64,000 bases of DNA from the NCBI GenBank assembly GCA_046350775.1, contig JAXLZS010000001.1, positions 90,441-154,440 on the forward strand, in the 5' to 3' direction. Shown here in pieces: positions 59,275 to 64,000 of the stretch. Source of the stretch: Minisyncoccota bacterium (lineage in GTDB: Bacteria; Patescibacteriota; Minisyncoccia; Phycocordibacterales; UBA5272). The position numbers were made by a program, and so were the translations under genes. Numbering within the stretch: the stretch's first letter is position 1; each line of letters starts with the position of its first letter. The notes below the pieces were generated by a model. It searched no databases, was not told the DNA's origin, and saw nothing but the letters and a program-made list of their open reading frames with translations.

Positions 59275-61269
59275 ATGAAAAAAAATATACACGGAAGAAT
59301 CACTTTGACCAGTAAAGGTGAAGGATATGTAAGATTGACTGAAGAACATGAAAAAATAGACCCATCTTTTAAAGATGGTGAATCTGTTTTTATTGATCAT
59401 GAGCATCTAAATTGTGCTCTGCATGGAGATCTCGTAGAAGTAGAAGTGCTCGGTAAAAACAAAAATCACAAGACAGGGGAAGATATATTTTTTGGTAAAG
59501 TCAATGAGATCCTGGAAAGATCAAAGTATGGTCATGCTGGAAAATTGGAAGAAGATCATGGTGTATTTTTTTTAATTCCTGACGATAAAAAGACTTACAC
59601 TGATTTTATTATTAAAAAAGAAGATGCTGACGGAGCGCAAGTCGGTGACAAAGTCATAGCAGAAATAATAAATTGGACAGATCATAAAAAATCTCCTTTT
59701 GCTAAAGTTGTGAAAGTTCTCGGAAAGCCAGGAGAAAATGATGCAGAAATGCTGGCTTTTGCTCTCGAGAGAGGATTTTCTGATGAGCATGGTAAAGAAG
59801 TACAAAAAGAAGCTGAAGATATTCATAAAAAAGGCATCACAGACGAAGATAAAAAAATAAATCCGAATGGAATTGATGGAAGAAGGGATTTTAGAAATGT
59901 TTTGACTTTCACTATTGATCCAGCTGACGCGAAAGATTTTGACGATGCTATCAGCTTTGAGAAATTATCAAATGGAAATTATGAAGTCGGCATACATATT
60001 GCTGACGTGTCTCACTATCTTCAAGATGAAATGAAGATGAATGAAGAGGCTGTGGCTCGTGAGACCAGTGTCTATCTTGTAGATAGGACAATACCAATGC
60101 TGCCAGAAGTATTATCCAACGATCTTTGCTCGCTTGTAGAAGCTCAAGATAGATTGGTCATGAGTGCAGTCTTTGAGCTTGATGAAAATGCTGAAGTAAA
60201 AAATGCTTGGTATGGTAGAGCCATTATAAATTCAAATAAAAGATTTACTTATGAAGATGCACAAAATAGTATTGAAAATGAAGACGGTCTTTATAGTGAA
60301 GAATTGAATATCATTAATAATCTAGCAAAAAAATTGGAGGCTAAAAAATTAAAAGATGGAGCACTTGTCATAGAATCAGAAGAGGTAAAGTTTAAACTAG
60401 ATGAAAAAGGTGTACCGGTAGATGTGTATGTAAAAGAAAGAAAAGATGCAAATAAATTAATTGAAGAATTGATGCTTCTTGCTAACAGAAAAGTGTCTCA
60501 ATTCATTTTTGATGAAGAACAAAAAAACGGAGGACCAGATATTTCTATTTATCGTGTCCACGAGACTCCAGATCCAGAAAAGATGCATGAGCTCGATCTG
60601 TTTATAAGATCTCTAGGAGAGAAAGTCAGATTTATTGACGGAAATATACCTTCAACAGAATTAAACAAATTGATGGAAAAATTAAAAAATGAAAATCGTG
60701 AAGCCGAAAAAGATCTGCTTTCTATGAATATTTCTAGATCTATGCAAAAAGCCATCTATTCTACAAAAAATATTGGCCATTATGGACTCGCTTTTCCATT
60801 TTACTCTCATTTTACCTCTCCTATCAGAAGATATCCGGATGTTATGCTTCACAGAATTCTCATGAGAGTACTCAAAAAAGATTTTCCAAAAGCTGATGAG
60901 AAGCCATACTTTGATCGTATGTGTGATCTAGCAAGTAAAAGAGAAAAAGAAGCAGCCGATGCTGAGAGGGGTAGTATAAAGTATAAACAAGTCGAATATA
61001 TGAGCTATAGAATTGGCCAGACATTTGAAGGTGTAGTCTCTGGTGTCTCACAATGGGGTATATATGTTGAGGATAAAAAAAGTAAATCTGAAGGTATGAT
61101 CAGACTAAAAGATCTTGGTGAAGATTTTTATGTTTATAATGAAAAAGAGGGTAGAGTTTTTGGAGAAAATAGTGGAGAAGAATGGAGAATAGGTGATAGA
61201 GTGCAAATCAAAGTTAAAAATACCAATCTAGAATTAAGACAAATTGACTACGAACTCATAAAAAATTAG
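59275..61269 (+). CDS. rnr: Ribonuclease R
   Basis: TIDPADAKDFDDAIS, HIADVS, HFTSPIRRYPD, S1 domain; start reassigned to ATG 59275. Confidence 0.95.
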   Translation: MKKNIHGRITLTSKGEGYVRLTEEHEKIDPSFKDGESVFIDHEHLNCALHGDLVEVEVLGKNKNHKTGEDIFFGKVNEILERSKYGHAGKLEEDHGVFFLIPDDKKTYTDFIIKKEDADGAQVGDKVIAEIINWTDHKKSPFAKVVKVLGKPGENDAEMLAFALERGFSDEHGKEVQKEAEDIHKKGITDEDKKINPNGIDGRRDFRNVLTFTIDPADAKDFDDAISFEKLSNGNYEVGIHIADVSHYLQDEMKMNEEAVARETSVYLVDRTIPMLPEVLSNDLCSLVEAQDRLVMSAVFELDENAEVKNAWYGRAIINSNKRFTYEDAQNSIENEDGLYSEELNIINNLAKKLEAKKLKDGALVIESEEVKFKLDEKGVPVDVYVKERKDANKLIEELMLLANRKVSQFIFDEEQKNGGPDISIYRVHETPDPEKMHELDLFIRSLGEKVRFIDGNIPSTELNKLMEKLKNENREAEKDLLSMNISRSMQKAIYSTKNIGHYGLAFPFYSHFTSPIRRYPDVMLHRILMRVLKKDFPKADEKPYFDRMCDLASKREKEAADAERGSIKYKQVEYMSYRIGQTFEGVVSGVSQWGIYVEDKKSKSEGMIRLKDLGEDFYVYNEKEGRVFGENSGEEWRIGDRVQIKVKNTNLELRQIDYELIKN

Positions 61270-61338
61270 TCTTTAAGGACTTTCCTTTTTTTTAAAAATG
61301 TGATATATTATCTCGATAAAAATTAATAACAAATAATT

Positions 61339-61644
61339 ATGCTAAAAATCAGATTACAAAGACTTGGAAGAAAGAATGACCCTCATTTTAAATTGATCGT
61401 CACTCCACACACATATAAATCAAAAACTCATAAATTTACTGAGGATCTTGGACATTATGATGTAAAAAGTGGAAAGTATGAATTTAAAGCTGATCGTGTA
61501 AAATACTGGATGAGTGTTGGAGCTACAGCTACTCCTACAGTACATAATCTTCTTGTGGCTAAAAATATCATTGAAGGAAAGAAAAAGAATGTCCTCCCTA
61601 AAAAAGCTGTCACAAAAGCTAAAAAAGAACTAAAGAAAAAGTAA
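61339..61644 (+). CDS. rpsP: 30S ribosomal protein S16
   Basis: MLKIRLQRLGRK..P, LGHYD, W...GA..T.TV. Confidence 0.96.
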   Translation: MLKIRLQRLGRKNDPHFKLIVTPHTYKSKTHKFTEDLGHYDVKSGKYEFKADRVKYWMSVGATATPTVHNLLVAKNIIEGKKKNVLPKKAVTKAKKELKKK

Positions 61645-61768
61645 TTTGTAAGTGATTTTTAAGGCTTATTAAAAAGAAAAGACTTATCTGATTTGTCTTT
61701 TCTTTTTATGATATAATTATTTTGTTATAAGTTTATTTAACAATCAAATATAAGATTCAAATAAAAAT

Positions 61769-62098
61769 ATGGTTAAAGATTCAGAATTCGTAGAATACAT
61801 TGTAAAGAATTTAGTAGACAATCCAAATGATGTGAAGATAGATAGAAAAGTAGATGAGATGGGAGTACTTATCACAGTTGATGTCGGAAAGGATGATATG
61901 GGTAAAATTATTGGTAGACAAGGTGCTACAGCTAAGGCTATTCGTACACTTTTAAGAGTGGTCGGTATGAAAAATAATGCTAGAGTAAATCTAAAGATTA
62001 ATGAGCCAGCCGAAATGCTTGGTTCTCAATCAGGAGAAGGATACAGATCTCATCTTGATGATGTCGACGCAGTAATGGATGGAATTAAAGGTATTTAA
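61769..62098 (+). CDS. khpA: KH-domain RNA-binding protein
   Basis: LVDNP.DV, DMGKIIGRQG.TAKAIRT. Confidence 0.92.
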   Translation: MVKDSEFVEYIVKNLVDNPNDVKIDRKVDEMGVLITVDVGKDDMGKIIGRQGATAKAIRTLLRVVGMKNNARVNLKINEPAEMLGSQSGEGYRSHLDDVDAVMDGIKGI

Positions 62099-62162
62099 TA
62101 AATAAATAATATAAAACCGCCTTATATTTTAAAGCGGTTTTATATTTGGTATAATCATAGTT

Positions 62163-62906
62163 ATGAAATATTTCGTTATTACACTTTTTCCAAGTACTAT
62201 CGACTCTTATACTAATGAGTCAATTCTTGGTCGTGCTCAAAACAATAAATTAATCAAAACTGAAGCAATTCAATTGCGTGATTTTACTAAAGATAAACAC
62301 AGGAGAACGGATGGAAAAGTTTATGGTGGAGGTCCTGGAATGGTGCTTTGGGTTGATCCAATTGTAAATACTTTTGAAAAGATCTTAAAAGATATTTTAA
62401 AAAAGAAAGAAAATAAGAAAAATATTTTAGTCGTGAATTTTGTCCCATCTGCAAATATTTTTAATAATAAACTAGCACAAGAATATTCTAAGAAATATGA
62501 TTATATTATATTTGTTTGTGGAAGATATGAAGGTGTCGATGCCAGAGTTAATCTGGTCTTAAAAGATATTTTGAGTGCTAAAAAGAAAGAGTTAAAAGAA
62601 AAAAATATAACTTTGAATTTTAAGATAGAAAATACCTCTATTGGGGATTTTGTTTTGACTGGAGGAGAATTGCCAGCTCTAGTCATGATAGATGCTATTT
62701 CTAGACAGATCGAAGGGGTGCTACATGACAATGAGAGTCTTGAGGAAAATAGAATCGCTAGTAGCGATGTCTATGCTAGACCAGAAATATATGAAAGAAG
62801 AATTGGTGATAAAAAAAATGGAAAAATAAAAAAATACTCTGTACCAAAAGTCCTTCTTTCTGGAAATCATAAAGAGATAGAAAATTGGCGAGCAGAAAAT
62901 AAATAA
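62163..62906 (+). CDS. trmD: tRNA (guanine37-N1)-methyltransferase
   Basis: ITLFP, YGGGPGMV, CGRYEGVD.R, SIGDFVLTGGE, VP.VLLSGNH. Confidence 0.96.
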   Translation: MKYFVITLFPSTIDSYTNESILGRAQNNKLIKTEAIQLRDFTKDKHRRTDGKVYGGGPGMVLWVDPIVNTFEKILKDILKKKENKKNILVVNFVPSANIFNNKLAQEYSKKYDYIIFVCGRYEGVDARVNLVLKDILSAKKKELKEKNITLNFKIENTSIGDFVLTGGELPALVMIDAISRQIEGVLHDNESLEENRIASSDVYARPEIYERRIGDKKNGKIKKYSVPKVLLSGNHKEIENWRAENK

Positions 62907-63125
62907 ATGTATATCAAAGTCAAAGTAAAAACTGAAGCTAAAAAAGAGTCTTTTGAAAAGTCTAAAAAAGAAGATGAATATTTAATTTCTGTAAAAGAGG
63001 AAGCTAGAAATGGTTGGGCAAATGAAAGAGTTTTAGAAATTTTAAAGAAACAATTAAACACAAATAATATACGCCTAATCTCTGGACATACAAGTCCTAG
63101 TAAAATATTCTCAATTGAAGACTAG
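62907..63125 (+). CDS. DUF167 (UPF0235) protein
   Basis: VKVK..AK, V...A..G.AN, SG.TS..K. Confidence 0.85.
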   Translation: MYIKVKVKTEAKKESFEKSKKEDEYLISVKEEARNGWANERVLEILKKQLNTNNIRLISGHTSPSKIFSIED

Positions 63126-63194
63126 GATAAATTTTGTTATAATTCTCTTCTATATGAAGAGAGACACATTTTTAGGTTAATAATTTAAAAAAAT

Positions 63195-63270
63195 GCCAAT
63201 ATAGCTCAGTTGGTAGAGCACATCCATGGTAAGGATGAGGTCATCGGTTCGATCCCGATTATTGGCTCCA
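63195..63270 (+). tRNA. tRNA-Thr(GGT)
   Basis: GCCAATA/TATTGGC acceptor, CATCC-AT GGT AA-GGATG, CCA encoded. Confidence 0.96.
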
Positions 63271-63323
63271 ACAAAAAATATCCCACAAAAAGAGAGGATA
63301 TTTTTTGTTATTATCTTATTTTA

Positions 63324-63398
63324 TTAAGCTTTTTTCTTCAAAACAAAGTAAAGAGCTACAACTACTACAAGAATAATAATGATAGTTGTCCAAGACAT
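63324..63398 (-). CDS. 24-aa single-TM micro-protein (not in ORF track)
   Basis: MSWTTIIIILVVVVALYFVLKKKA*; TGATATAAT upstream; shares a terminator with tRNA-Thr. Confidence 0.55.
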   Translation of the reverse strand: MSWTTIIIILVVVVALYFVLKKKA

Positions 63399-63521
63399 AT
63401 TTTTTCATTATTAATTAATAATAAGAAAACTTTTAGAGATAAAATTATTATTTATCTCTATTTAAATTATATCACGCTCAAAATTTTAAATATGTGATAT
63501 GATTATATAAATTTAAAAAAT

Positions 63522-64000
63522 ATGAAAATCTCAATAAGATCAACACTTCCTTTTCTAATAATTTTGCACACCACTATATGATATTTAGCTTTTTATTTAT
63601 TATCAATAAACGATACTTTGGGACTTTATACAAGTTTTTGGGATTTTTTAATAAATAATCAAGGGGAATATTATGCTACTTTACTGATGATAATGATAGC
63701 CTTTAATATTATATTATCTTGCAGGTTATCTTTTTTTGAAAATATATTTTCTGGACTTGATAAGGTATATGTTGTGCACAAATATAATGCATATTTCATA
63801 GTTTTACTCTTGTTGCTTCACAACACTTTTATTCGAGGATCTCGCATACATCCAGATGGGTTTTTTATTTTTGCAAAAGATATAGCCAATCCACTTTTGT
63901 GGGCATTTTTCTTGGCTATATTTGTATCTGCTCTACCCCATATTCCTTTTTTTTAAAATATTTTAAAAATACCATATCATATCTGGAAATACGGGCACAG
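63522..64000 (+). pseudogene. Ferric reductase-like transmembrane protein with two in-frame stops; runs off window
   Basis: LSCR...E.IF.GLDKVY..HK, LLH, IPYHIWK..H; TGA at 63579 and TAA at 63954, both in frame. Confidence 0.7.

Noticed and set aside
63154-63180. 8-codon ORF MKRDTFLG in the tRNA-Thr leader
   Set aside because: Too short to support; expected by chance.
63210-63497. Track ORFs overlapping tRNAs (also 43879-44088 and the 5' extension of uppP) and short antisense ORFs inside core genes
   Set aside because: Shadow ORFs with no motifs, overlapping well-supported features.
1-64000. Genome-wide UGA recoding (code 25 or 4)
   Set aside because: Long core genes are uninterrupted under code 11, TGG encodes Trp, and TGA ends genes such as 14163 and 33617.

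Overview
AT-rich bacterial chromosome segment using genetic code 11. Its streamlined gene set suggests Patescibacteria/CPR, probably Parcubacteria-like (inference from truncated ValRS, short SMC, helicase-degenerate PriA, no rimM and no Shine-Dalgarno motifs). The first 10 kb hold the 3' part of a giant surface protein: Gly-rich GLUG repeats, about 21 FN3 domains with many frameshifts in the near-identical repeats, and a C-terminal dockerin. Two membrane-anchored cohesin-like genes follow it. Next come a minus-strand accessory cluster beside tRNA-Gln and about 48 kb of mostly housekeeping genes (typA, lepA, valS, hpf, fmt/def, priA, obgE, gatB, miaA, parB, rel, topA, smc, uppP, dprA, rnr, rpsP-khpA-trmD), 8 tRNAs in total and several ORFans. 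Top leads: (1) an unannotated 29-aa histone-H1-like Lys/Ala micro-protein with its own promoter, structured leader and terminator, between a SET-domain methyltransferase and hpf; (2) a dockerin-cohesin surface-display operon; (3) an unassigned structured RNA of about 180 nt beside smc; (4) window-wide patterns: near-leaderless mRNAs, tRNA genes ending in CA instead of CCA, and boxA-like motifs ahead of ORFans. All calls are by eye; no searches or folding programs were run.
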